Source: Selaginella moellendorffii
Lineage: Eukaryota; Plantae; Lycopodiophyta
Reading direction: 5' to 3'
DNA length: 64,000 bases
NCBI RefSeq assembly: GCF_000143415.4
Contig: NW_003314325.1
Coordinates: forward strand, 1,070,296-1,134,295
A program made the translations under genes and the position numbers. This document shows positions 1-12,102 of the stretch, one piece after another; position 1 is the first letter of the stretch, and every line of letters starts with the position of its first letter. Under the pieces are notes generated by a model. It was given only the letters and a program-made list of their open reading frames with translations. It ran no database searches and was not told the DNA's origin.

Positions 1-1141
1 GGGATTCGTCGAGACAGGCAGCGTGGATGATGCTAAAGAGCTCTTCGATCTCATGCCTGGATGGGATCCAGCGTCTTGGAACTTGGTTCTCCAGGCGTAT
101 GCCCGGAGCGGGCATACCGAGAGCGTCAAGAGCGTGTTCCAGGAGATGCCCGAGAAATCTCTCCTCGCCCACGTCTTCCTCATCGCGGCATTCGCGCAGG
201 GAGGCCAGATCGCGGAGGCCAAGAGCGCGTTCGATCGGATGATCCGGCTGGACATCACGGCCTGGAACACGATCATCGCTGCCTACTGCGGAGATCACGA
301 TCCAGGCTTGAAGAACGCGCGCAGGGGATTCGATCGGGCTCCCAAGCGCGACATCGTGTCGTGGAACACGATCATCAGTGGCTACGTCCAGCGCGAGAAT
401 CTGGAGGAGGCCAAGCTCCTGTTTGATTCCATGCCCGAGAAGAACAGAGTCTCTTGCAACGCGATGCTCGCTGGCTACTCCAATCGATGCCTCGCGGACG
501 AGGCCGCGGATCTCTTCCACTCCATGACTCAATCCGCGATCACGCAGCCGGATCGGCTGTCCCTCACGGCGATGATCAACGTCTACTCCAAGACCGGGCA
601 GCTCCAGCGAGCGCGGGATCTCTTCTCCAGCATCGCCAATCCGGACGTGACGCTCTGGAACGCGATGATCGCCGGCCACTCCAACAGCGGCGATCTGGAT
701 CACGGCATCCAGCTGCTGCGCTCGATGTGGATCGCAGGAGTGGACCCCGACGGCGTGACGCTCCTCACCGTCCTCGCGACTTGCGCACAAAAGGGTCTGA
801 TTGATGAGAGCTGCCACCACTTCCAGTCGCTGCTCGCGGATCACGGCGTCCGGACTGAGCGATCACACTTCTCGTGCATGGTGGATCTCCTGGCGCGGAT
901 CGGCCGGCTGGGCGACGCGATCGATCTGGCGATGAGCATGCCGTTCGTCCCGGACGAAGTGGAGCTCGCATCTTTGCTCAGTGCTTGCGGTTTACATCGT
1001 GACGCCGACCAGGCCGCACGGGCAGCCATGGATCTGGGGAGCGTATCTCCCACGCGATCCTCGCCGTACGTGCTCCTCTCCAATGCTTTTGTACAGGAGG
1101 TAACGCCGTTCTTGGCACCAGGTAATTACGCTACACTATAG
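1..1141 (+). CDS. PLS-class pentatricopeptide repeat (PPR) protein with partial E domain, 5' part outside window
   Basis: ORF 23..1141 has repeated motifs such as AKELFDLMP..D..SWN, RDIVSWNTIISGY, PDVTLWNAMIAG and HFSCMVDLLARIGRL, ending in E-domain-like PYVLLSNA. The frame is open from the window start. Confidence 0.9.
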   Translation, partial: GFVETGSVDDAKELFDLMPGWDPASWNLVLQAYARSGHTESVKSVFQEMPEKSLLAHVFLIAAFAQGGQIAEAKSAFDRMIRLDITAWNTIIAAYCGDHDPGLKNARRGFDRAPKRDIVSWNTIISGYVQRENLEEAKLLFDSMPEKNRVSCNAMLAGYSNRCLADEAADLFHSMTQSAITQPDRLSLTAMINVYSKTGQLQRARDLFSSIANPDVTLWNAMIAGHSNSGDLDHGIQLLRSMWIAGVDPDGVTLLTVLATCAQKGLIDESCHHFQSLLADHGVRTERSHFSCMVDLLARIGRLGDAIDLAMSMPFVPDEVELASLLSACGLHRDADQAARAAMDLGSVSPTRSSPYVLLSNAFVQEVTPFLAPGNYATL

Positions 1142-3345
1142 CTGACGCAAATGGCTTTCGAGTTCTTCTCCATATACCCAAACTGGGCATACTTCTATAT
1201 CGAAAGGTTGCATGGCTGTGATATTCCATTTGCTTGCAGCGCCAGCTTGATTGAAGCTGCCAACCTCTTGGAGAATGTGTATGAAGAATTATCTGTTCAC
1301 TGACACATTTATCTCTTGTGAAGTGGGCAAAGTGTGGCTTCTTATTATTTTGATCCAAAACTTCTACCTGTGCATTCAATCTTGTGTGACACTTTTTAAT
1401 ACGTTCTAGATGGTAAAAACAGGAGAAAGCCCATTATTCAAGTGATGGTCAGGATGTTTAAAATTCTGTGCGGCAAGCAGGCTTTCCATGGAGAGCTTGG
1501 GTGGCTGCTACGGATCTCCTCCAGAAATCGGACGAGTGAAAGGCTGAGCGAAGGCTGGGCTTTTACGTAAGGTGCCTTTCTGGTATATCTTCATCTGCTT
1601 TTCAAGTCGATCAATCACTCAAACTTGATTCAAGATGCAGGAAAAGCTGGGGAAAAGCTACAGAAAAATGCAGCTTGGGTCCTAGAATGAATAAAGCACT
1701 GATCTGATCGCTTCTCCAGCATCGCCGAATCTACTCCAACGAAGTGGAGCTCGCATCTTTGCTAAGTGCGTGTCGTGGGCCGGGCACCGTATCACGCGAT
1801 TGTCAAATGCCTTCGTACAAGAGGTGAGACAACGAGAGAAAGAACTTAAAGCAACATGGCTTTTGGTGGACCTTCAACGTAGAAAGTAGATCACAAATGG
1901 GCATATCCAAGCTTTATGATTCCCACATTGTCCTGTGGAATTCATAGCGCATCTTGTGATCTCAAGACTTTAGGGTTCTTGCTTAACTTGCAAGAGTGTT
2001 TTGGAGGGCTAAGCTAAGTACATTGAACCTATCGCCGACCGGATTATCAGCCGGCATCATTGTATATACGATAAAGTCTCCTGGCTAACAAGCCCTTGTC
2101 TCCTTTCTAATGTCTTTCCTTACGTGCAATTGATTGCGCAGGCGATTCAGTCGCGCCTCAAGGTTGACGGACGAAGACGATTCGGTTCGCAGCTCTGGCA
2201 TTGGTGGTAGCACACTTGTTTTTTGTTTATGGGCGCCATTGGATGCCCTCCCGGCGCGAGATATTCCACGCCAAAGGCGCTGGCTTTGAGACTAATCTGG
2301 CCCATTTACAATACAATATTGGAGACAGCACATGACTAAGCGGTCATGAGAGCTCAATCATAGGCGCGCGCCAGAGGGTTTTGGATTGATCAAACCAAAA
2401 TATTGGCCAGCTTCTCGCCCATAAACCCTAAATTATGAGCTTTCGTTGTATGTTGCATGGGGACGTCCCCATCAGGCCCCTGTCAGGCGGCCCATTTAAG
2501 GGCAAAGCCAGAGGAAAATAAATGGCGGCCAAAGGAGAGAAAGGAAAGATGCCATACCAAAGGCTTTGCCACGTCTTTAAGGACAGGTCCTTGCCAAGGA
2601 CACATAAAAGGACACACCAGGGGCGCCAGCTTGCCTGTTGGCGCAAGGCAAGGACCACCCGTGCGCATTTACACCGGAGGGGTTAAGGATACAACGCCCC
2701 CCCCGGATGATGCCCAACGCTGGCTACTATCGTTGTTACCTGGCCGCTAAAAAGGGGGGGCCACCGGCCGGAGCCACTTTCCGACAGGCCCTTTCGTGGA
2801 AGTGTCAGTCCGTACGGGCTCCGTAGGCTGAGGCCGACCGTCGGATGGATCGGAATCGGCGGTGAGAGAATTAATGAACGGACGGCGGATTGGTTGTTAC
2901 ACGTGGTTTTCCAGTCCAGCAGGGCCGTCCGATTACGACACTGGAGCGTGGTCCTTTATTTCTTTGAGGTTTTTAGCGGAGGCCGGATTGTTGGCGCTAC
3001 CAAGAACCCTGATCCAGGGAGCGCGAAATCTCTCTCGGCGGCATCAATGAGAGTGTGATTCCAGGTATGAATCGCGCGGTGCTCGCGACGCGCCAGCGAT
3101 CTTTCCCCTCCTCTGCTCCTCGTCCTGCCTGGCCCGCGCGAAATTCAATCTCCCGGCCATTGATTGCAAGTCTTGCGTGGGATTCGTGTCTCCATTCCGA
3201 GCCAGCGCCTAGCTCGCCCCGACTTGCATTCCGCTCAATCCCTCCATCAAAGCCCTCCCCTATCCACATCGCCAGGAATTTGGTCTGAATTTCTTGCTGA
3301 CCGCAGGTAACGCGAGAGCTTCCACATTCCGGGAGCTGATCGGCC

Positions 3346-6300
3346 ATGCCAAGGAGGAGAAAGACGCCCAGAGAGGATGAGAAAGGATCTTCTCCACCTT
3401 CGTCGAGCGGAGCTTCTCCACAGCCGCCGCCCCGTGCCGCCGCGAGCTCCAGCTCAACGCCACCGCAAGCTTCACAAGGGGCTTTAGCCATGGCCAGGCA
3501 TCCACAATACTCGCAGCATTACCAAGTAGGAGGAACTAGTGGTGGAAGGAGTGGAGGCCAGTATAGTCAATCACGTAGTGGCCGTGGAGGAGGAGGAACG
3601 GGAGGATATCATGGGCAGCAGCAGCCACAGCAGCAGCAACAGCCGCGACAAGCTCCAGCAGTGAGCGCAGTGGTTGAGCAATTTTCTGGATTGGGTGTGG
3701 AAGTTTCAGTTCCTGCGCAACCAGCGCCACCGCAGCCGAGCGTCGTAGCTCCTCCAGCGTCTAGCAAGGCCTTGAGATTTCCGCTGAGGCCCGGACGCGG
3801 CCAAACGGGGGTTAAGTGCATTGTCAAGGTGAATCATTTCTTTGCAGAGCTACCAGACAAGGATCTACACCACTATGATGTAAGTTTCTTCTTGTCACGA
3901 GCTAGTGTTTGCATCCAATTGGCTTGTTTTGCTTGCGCAGGTGACGATCACTCCCGAGGTGACATCGCGTGGTGTGAATCGAGCGGTCATGGAGCAGCTG
4001 GTTAAGCTTCACAGGGATTCGAGTTTGGGTCACAGGCTCCCAGTGTATGATGGCCGGAAAAGCCTGTACACTGCTGGGCCTTTACCCTTCCATTATAAGG
4101 ACTTTCAGGTAAGTCTGCCGGAGGAAGATGATGGATGTGGTACACCGAGGTGAGTGTAGCTTAGTTTTTCTTTACTCTTTTACAGCATACTGAAGAAAAG
4201 CATAAAATATCTTTCAGGAGAGATCGGCAGTTCAAGGTGGTCATCAAGTTCGCTGCTCGTGCTGATCTGCATCATCTTGGCCAGTTTCTGGCCGGGAGGC
4301 AAGCAGATGCTCCCCAAGAGGCCTTGCAAGTGCTGGACATAGTGCTGCGAGAGCTTCCTACCCATAGGTTCGCTCCTCTTTTCTTTGGTATCGGGTTTTT
4401 ATGTGTTTCTTTTGAGTTCTTCCAGGTATTCGCCTGTTGGACGATCGTTTTATTCACCAGACTTAGGACGTAGACAACCCCTCGGTGACGGCTTAGAAAG
4501 CTGGCGAGGGTTCTACCAGAGTATAAGGCCCACGCAAATGGGTCTTTCTCTGAATATTGGTAAGGATTATGAAATGTGATGGTATGTGTTCTGATCTATT
4601 GTTGAAGACATGTCATCTACTGCTTTCATTGAGCCGCTGCCCGTGGTGGACTTTGTTGGCAAACTCCTTAACAAGGACATAAGCAGGCCACTTTCGGACG
4701 CTGACCGCATCAAGGTAAAGTCCCAGCTTGGTTTGCGAAGAGCGATTTTAAGATAGATCTGATTTTCTGTGCCAGATCAAAAAAGCTCTGAGAGGAGTCA
4801 AAGTGGAAGTTACACATCGCGGAACCATGCGACGAAAATACAGGATTTCTGGCTTAACTTCTCAGCCTACTCAAGAACTAATGTAAGTGTTTCTGATTGT
4901 TTGTGATGTGTCTTATTTTGGGTTTGCAGGTTTCCTGTTGATGATAGAGGTACAATGAAATCGGTAATGGAGTATTTCCGAGATACATATCACTACACTA
5001 TACGAAGCCCATCTTTACCTTGTTTACAAGTTGGAAATCAAGAAAGACCAAATTATCTGCCAATGGAGGTGTGCAGTTTTCGTAGGCATGCAACGAACTA
5101 AGTTCATTTTTGGCTGATTAACAGGTCTGCAAGATTGTGGAAGGACAAAGGTATACTAAACGTCTCAACGAGCGTCAAGTGACAGCCCTTCTAAAAGTAA
5201 CATGCCAACGGCCCAGGGAAAGAGAACTCGATATTTTGCAAGTAGGATAAGAATCTTTTCCCGTTTTTGTCTCTATTTTTATTTAACTGTTCTTATGTTT
5301 TGTGCTAGACTGTTTATCATAATGCATATAATCAGGACCCATACGCCCAGGAGTTTGGGATACGTATCAGTGACAGACTGGCTCTCGTGGAAGCTAGAAT
5401 ACTGCCTGCCCCATGGGTTTGTGTTTCTTCTCTTTTGTTGTCATACAATGTTCTTTAAAAATGCGGGTTTGCAGCTGAAATATCATGAAACGGGTAGAGA
5501 AAAGGATTGCTTGCCTCAAGACGGGACCTGGAATATGATGAACAAGGTAAGCGTGCTTGGAAGAAAACTGTTCTTTTTTAATTCATATGTCTCCAGAAAA
5601 TGGTCGATGGAGGGACAGTGAACTACTGGGCATGCGTCAATTTCTCTCGTACTGTTCAAGATAATATAGCTCGGGGATTTTGTAACGACCTTGCTCAGAT
5701 GTGTCTTATTTCCGGAATGGTACGGCTTTAAGAATGATCTTCAGTTTACTAATCGTATATGACATGCAGGCGTTTGCTGCTGAACCTATCATTCCAGTTC
5801 ATGCTGCACGCCCAGACCAGGTAGAACGTGCTCTGAAGTCGGTATATCGTGAAGTTCAAAGCAAGGTCAAAGGAAAGGAATTAGAGTTACTAATTGCCAT
5901 ATTACCCGACAACAATGGCTCACTTTATGGTAAGAGACTTGGTTTTTTACAGATTTGCTGATAAGTTTTATTCCAGGCGACTTGAAACGAATCTGCGAAA
6001 CAGACCTGGGATTGGTTTCTCAATGCTGCTTGACAAAGCATGTCTTTAAGAGAGGAAAGCAGTATCTTGCTAATGTTGCGTTGAAAATCAATGTCAAGGT
6101 AGGGCGCTTCATGCACGATGTTCGTGAATAAGCTCAACAAGTTTGTTGTAAGGTCGGAGGCAGAAACACTGTCTTGGTGGATGCACTATCACGGAGGCTT
6201 CCTTTAGTAAGTGATACACCAACAATTATATTTGGAGCGGATGTTACGCATCCTCATCCTGGAGAAGATTCGAGTCCCTCGATTGCAGCGGTAAGTGTAC

Positions 6301-7438
6301 GATTTTTCTTTTCGTGTGTCTCTAAATAAGCTGTGCCTGTTACAGGTTGTCGCTTCTCAGGATTGGCCAGAAGTCACGAAATACGCAGGTCTAGTGTGCG
6401 CTCAAGCTCACAGACAAGAGTTGATCCAAGATCTGTATAAAACATGGGTTGATCCTCAGAAGGGAACCATGAATGGCGGTATGATAAGGTTAGTAGCGGT
6501 GAGTTTTTGTTTTACTTATTGTGCTAACATACGCAAACTTTAGAGAGCTTTTAATTTCTTTCCGAAGTGCCTCTGGATACAAACCTGGAAGAATCATCTT
6601 CTACAGAGATGGTGTGAGCGAAGGACAGTTCTACCAAGTTCTCCTTCACGAGCTGGATGCAATTAGAAAGGTATAGTATGGAAAGACTTGGCACATTGAC
6701 TGATTCAGCTCTTCGTTTTGGACAGGCTTGCGCGTCACTCGAGCCGAACTATCAGCCTCTCGTGACGTTCGTTGTGGTCCAGAAACGGCACCACACCCGG
6801 CTATTTGCTAACGATCACGACGATACAAGAACCACTGATAAGAGTGGAAATATCCTGCCAGGTGCTGTTGCCGTCAATAAGTGGCGAATTTAGATAACTA
6901 ATGAGAGACCGTTTTCCTTCACAGGCACTGTGGTGGATTCGAAGATTTGCCATCCAACGGAGTTTGACTTCTACCTTTGCAGCCATGCCGGCATTCAGGT
7001 AACTTGATGGAGCCCTGGCCTTTGTAGCTTTGCTCATACGACGAGACTATGTTACAGGGAACAAGCAGACCAGCTCACTATCACGTACTTTGGGACGAGA
7101 ACAAGTTCACTGCCGATGGCTTGCAGTCCCTCACCAACAGCCTGTGCTACACTTACGCTCGCTGCACACGCTCAGTCTCGATAGGTAAAGACCATAGCTC
7201 TTTCCCATAGGCTTTGACAACTAAAGCACAAAGCAATCGTCCTTTTCTTTCAGTACCACCTGCATACTACGCTCACCTGGCTGCGTTCCGCGCGAGATTC
7301 TACATGGAGCCGGACGCGTCCGAGGCTGGCTCCGTCCACCGGAACACTGCTCCCCGAGCTGGTAATCGCCAGGATGGCTCCATCCGGCCGCTGCCCGCGT
7401 TGAAGGACAAGGTTAAGAAGGTCATGTTCTACTGCTAG
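3346..7438 (+). CDS. AGO1: Argonaute, AGO1 clade, about 20 exons, apparently intact
   Basis: Gly/Gln-rich N-terminus, then [26 protein letters not shown] ([19 protein letters not shown]) and PIWI with catalytic D-E-D-H ([33 protein letters not shown]), ending KVMFYC. GT-AG introns include 3880-3940 and 4150-4217. Confidence 0.95.
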
Positions 7439-7853
7439 TCAGTATGCTACTACTCTCTTTTGCTTTTATCTCGCGTTTTTAATCTATCTGACTCCTGTTG
7501 CTTTCGCATACTTAGTGTCTCACTAGGGGGACCTCGTTGTCAAAGTCGCGCCTTGTTTTTACTCCTGGTGGTTTACTCCATTTCGGATTCTACACTTCCA
7601 CTACTGCTTCCAGCGGCAGTCCTCGAGCGCCCAGGCTCAATGATGAAACCACCATGAAGTAGCAACAAACAAAGGAGGATCCTTGAAATCCAACACCATA
7701 AATGCCGAGCCAGGGCGCTGCAAATTGCTAACAACAAAACGCAGTCTGGTGCAGCAGCAGCAGCAGCAGCGCAGCGCGCAGCAGTCGAACAACAGAGGAT
7801 TGTCTTCACTCTCCTGGCAAAACGGTACTGCTTTCTTTCGCTTCGTTTCCATC

Positions 7854-7908
7854 TCTATGGCGTGCAATTTGTAAAAGGGTGGATATTACAACGGTGGATT
7901 TCACTCAC
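7854..7908 (+). repeat. Left terminal inverted repeat
   Basis: tctatggcgtgcaatttgtaaaagggtggatattacaacggtggatttcactcac matches the reverse complement of 37264-37318. Confidence 0.85.
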
Positions 7909-10900
7909 ACCACATGTATGCCAGCTATTGGTCTACGTGTATTATGAGTGAAAATAACACAGGCATAGAATATTTTACGAATATCCAATCCTTATGCCCC
8001 GGATGGGGCATCATGCCCATAGCAATGACCCATGCTATGTGCGGAATGGAGCCATTCATGGGCCATAGAACCATTCATCCTATCCATTCTGGCAAGTTGT
8101 TAATGTTGCAAATCAAATGGACAATTGACTAAATTGCATACTATATTACTTTATCTAGAGCATTATGTTTTCACTTCTTGCTCTTGGTGCTCATGGCAAA
8201 AGAACTAAATTATCATTTCTTGGCACACCTCTTTTAACATAGTGTTCATAGCAAGTGTAAGTGAACTCCATCTAACTCCATTGCAAAGCCATGGATATAT
8301 ATTGTTTGGAGTCATATCTCTAATGCATCCCATTGAGTTTATCCTTCGTTGCCATTGATTTCCAATGTAACTCTCTCAATGCTTTAGTTTTGTACCATGA
8401 TGCTTAGAAGATTTGCGTATGACTCAAAAGTAGGTTAATTCCATGAATTGGTGGGGCTCATACTTCGATTGTGTACTACACAAGGGTGCATAGTGTTGAT
8501 GTTTGGACCTCGAGTTCTCTCAAGAGTAGCATGCTGAAGGAGATTTGAGAATATGGAAGTTGCAATTGCATGCAGTAACATTCAGGTGAGAAGAGCAATA
8601 ATAATAGACACTTTCAACATTTTCCAATCATAACTATTTCAAATTTTGAAATTTGTAAAAAGGGTTTTCAAGCATGGGGCAAAACTATTCAATATATGCT
8701 ATGCGCTACAGCTGAAGAACTAGAGTTTTCAAGGATTGGAAGCTCGTGCTCACTTTAGTAAGAGTAGATTTATGATAATTTCCTATATGCTCTAACCTTG
8801 TTACAATGTTTGAGGTTTCTAGGTTTCCTCTTGACATGGCAAATTGGAGAGGATTTTATGACTTCTTTGAGGCACAACAATGGATCCAACAAAGCATAAA
8901 ATTGAGGGTTTTATATGATGCCTCCTCCTTCAAGGCTCAGCAATCTCCAACAAAGCAGCCTAGAATATTTTGAATATTCTTACCTTTAGCTTTGCTAATG
9001 AACTAAGTTGAATTGGAAAGAGTGTGAAGAAATCATATATTTCAAGACAATTATCTATTTTTTTTGTGAAAGTGTCTAGATTATGGTACTTCCACAACAT
9101 CAGCCCAATCCATACAAGCTCTCTAGATTCTAAAGTGCCTAGTGGATCTTGTGTTTGGTCCACTCCATTGACGAGTATGTTAAAGGGAAGAAAACTTCTC
9201 ATGTGCATGTGGAGAACCTAGGAAATCAAGTAAATGATGTACCCTATCTCTCAACTTGGATCCAAATAGGCCCTCCCGGTTGGATCTGGAGAATCAACTA
9301 TGAAGTGATGGAACTTGGATAACTCTTTCAGGCTCATATTTATAAAATGCTCAAACATACAAGAGATTTGAAAGTAAATAATTACATTGGATGATATCCA
9401 TAATCCAGCTGTGGAAGTTCTCTCCAAAGTCCTGATTAAAGACTACGCAATTGATGAACTCCACTGGAGGAATGATCGTCCTTATTCAGAAGACTTATAA
9501 CAAAGCATCTGTCCTAATGAGTGAAAGCCCACTTAGCAATGCTAGACTCTTGTAATGCTTCTAACAAGCTTCCATGCACAATGAGTGTTAGAAGCCATCT
9601 TGGAGTAAGTCTCCCACTACATTTGGCTTGATGAATAGGTAATGCCGAACCACCATAGCCACGCATGCCTCCACAATCTGCTTATAACTTTCATCAAGTT
9701 TAGTGAGTCTAAACTCAAGCGTTGTAATCGTCCTGTGTGGGGAGAGTTTCTTCCAACAATGGAAGAATGTCCTTTTCATCCACAAAGTCTTCTTTTTCAT
9801 TATTCTCATCTTGGTTTGGTTTCTATACAGCTAGCCTCAAGAGAAATGGCTCTATCACCAAGGGATCATCATTTGCAGTTAAAGCATTTGTAGTAGCTAC
9901 AACTGCAAAGACCACAACATATATTTGTGAGGAAGGAATTTAAAAAAAATAATGACTTACATTCATGAACATCCTTCTCCTCAAGTCCTCAAACTTGCTT
10001 TTGATAACTTAGCCAATGTTTGTTAGTAAGATGCTCTATAACATTGTAGGTATATTACTATTGCTCAGTTGCCATTGGCCTTGTTTGCTTTGGCTCCTTA
10101 TGATGTTTGAGGAGGATAGTAACAAGGCTGGATAGAGTTGAGGCCAAATTTTGCAGATTCGGCATGGACCTCACCACCATTAGATTGCCTTGCACACTGA
10201 ACAAATGCTCCTAGGTTAGTCATGGATGAAAGTTGGATTTTTGAGGCTTGGAGTGATAGTAGAATCACATGTTGGGTTGTGCCAGGTTGGAAAGGAATAC
10301 TAGAGTATAAGCCACCCCATATGAGACACTCAAGGAGGTCCATTGCCAACTTATCAAGTTCCGTCACCTTCACCAATAACTCTCTTTTCCGCCCATACAA
10401 GTGTACATGCCAAGTCTTCGGGATTGCAATCCACTTGGTGACAAGGACTATGCTGAATAGTCTAGGGACTAAGGGTGTCATAGATGACATCCCACCAATG
10501 ACTTTGGATCGACTACCATAACATCCATGATGACAAGATAAGGATTGCCAATTGTTATCGGCATAGGTGTGCATTGCAACCACAAGTGGTGAGAGAGTCT
10601 ACCATAGTGAAATGAAAATGAGTCAAATAAATCCAAAGAAAAAAAATGAAGAGTGTTATACTTGTGATGTTATACTTGTGGCTCACATGGCAGCCCACTG
10701 CCTTGAGGGTCAACTTGAATATATCTAGGTGTCAAAGCTTTATTAGATGACGATGTCAATCCTTGGGAGTAGTTGTGGAATGCTAATAGGGAACTATGAG
10801 GTCGTTGGTGTGGCAGCATTGTCAACTCACCATATGCAAAAAAACACATGGAAAAAAGACAGGTACAAATGAAAAAACTTACCAAGCTAGACCACTTGTT

Positions 10901-10965
10901 GCTTTAAGAGGTAGATGGCCAGGTATTGGCACTTGTATTGGTAGATGAAGTTTTGAGAGTTGTAG

Positions 10966-12102
10966 TGTTGCGAATGTGACTTTGGGTATCGAAACTTACT
11001 TGTCAGCTAGTCCTTTTAGATATTCTTTCCTTACTGCCACAATGGCAAGGTGTCGGTATTGTTGGACCCGTTATCAGCCTCCGCTTGAGCTAGTTGAGAA
11101 ACTGGTCTTCATGTGTGCACTTGACCAAATGAGCATAAGGACGGAATTCCTAAGTGCTATTAGTCAAACATACTTAACCTAGTTAGAGAAATTCATTTGT
11201 TGACTTGCACTTACTAGTGTAAGGAACCCCTGTGATATTGAGCTTGGTCCCTCAATATTCACTAAATGATAGCTTACCGTGTCTGCCAAACACCCTCGCT
11301 ATCATGCACCTTATGTTAGTACCATTTGGTCCTAATTGTTATTTATGGAAAGTGTCTAGATTTGCTAATTTGGTATATTTACGGAATGTAGAGATTGTCC
11401 TGAACACAATAGTGTTCGTATCGTGTCCAAATTCGCAATCTAAAGACATTCCATATTTAGTAAGTTTCGAGTTAGTCCCAAAGACTAACTCCTGGTACTA
11501 AGGGAGTAAGGGAGGCTTGGGGTGAAAGCCCAAAGCATGTGTTCCTCAAGGGGGAAGGGGGGGGTTTGTGGGGGGTTTTAAATGTATAGTAGGGATAGTG
11601 GGTAGTTAGGCATGGCTAATCAACTTGAGGCATAGTCTAGCTCTCACTTGCATGTCTGTCTTTGTTTTGTGTCCGGCTTGGGTCTAATCCTAAGTTCCAT
11701 TCCATGCTAGCTGGTGGAGTACCCATGTCCTTACATTAGGCCACCGGTATGTTAAAACAGCGCCAAACTTCGTTTGGCTCCGTTTTATGTGCTGGTCCTG
11801 GCATTGAGATGCTGGATACTCTAGGACTGTTCCAAGTCGCTCCATGCTCCTGTCCCTTCGCTCGTTGGGCTACATGCTCGAGAGTCATTCTATGCTTCAG
11901 TGCCTTTGCTTCTTGGGTTCCATGCTTGAGAGTTTGGCACCATTCCTTCATTCAGTGGCCCAAGGCCCTGAAACTTGAGTTCCACACCACTGTCTTTTGG
12001 ACACACATGTGACATGTGACATATGGAGGGTTTAGGTTTTGCTTCGTGGTTATCCTATAGTAAATCACCATAGGATAAAGGGTAAAAACCACGTGTGTTA
12101 CA
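10966..12102 (+). repeat. 5' LTR, family A
   Basis: Direct repeat of 17048-18172, followed by the PBS. Confidence 0.92.

Noticed and set aside
1992-3085. Segment present only in duplicate copy 1, considered as a MITE or Helitron insertion
   Set aside because: No convincing TIR, TSD or CTRR end. Better explained as a deletion in copy 2, though a TE inside it is not excluded.
3326-3347. Possible miR168-like target site near the AGO start (ttccgggagctgatcgg)
   Set aside because: Only the first half loosely resembles the canonical site, the seed-pairing end does not match, and the PELHQA-coding context is absent.
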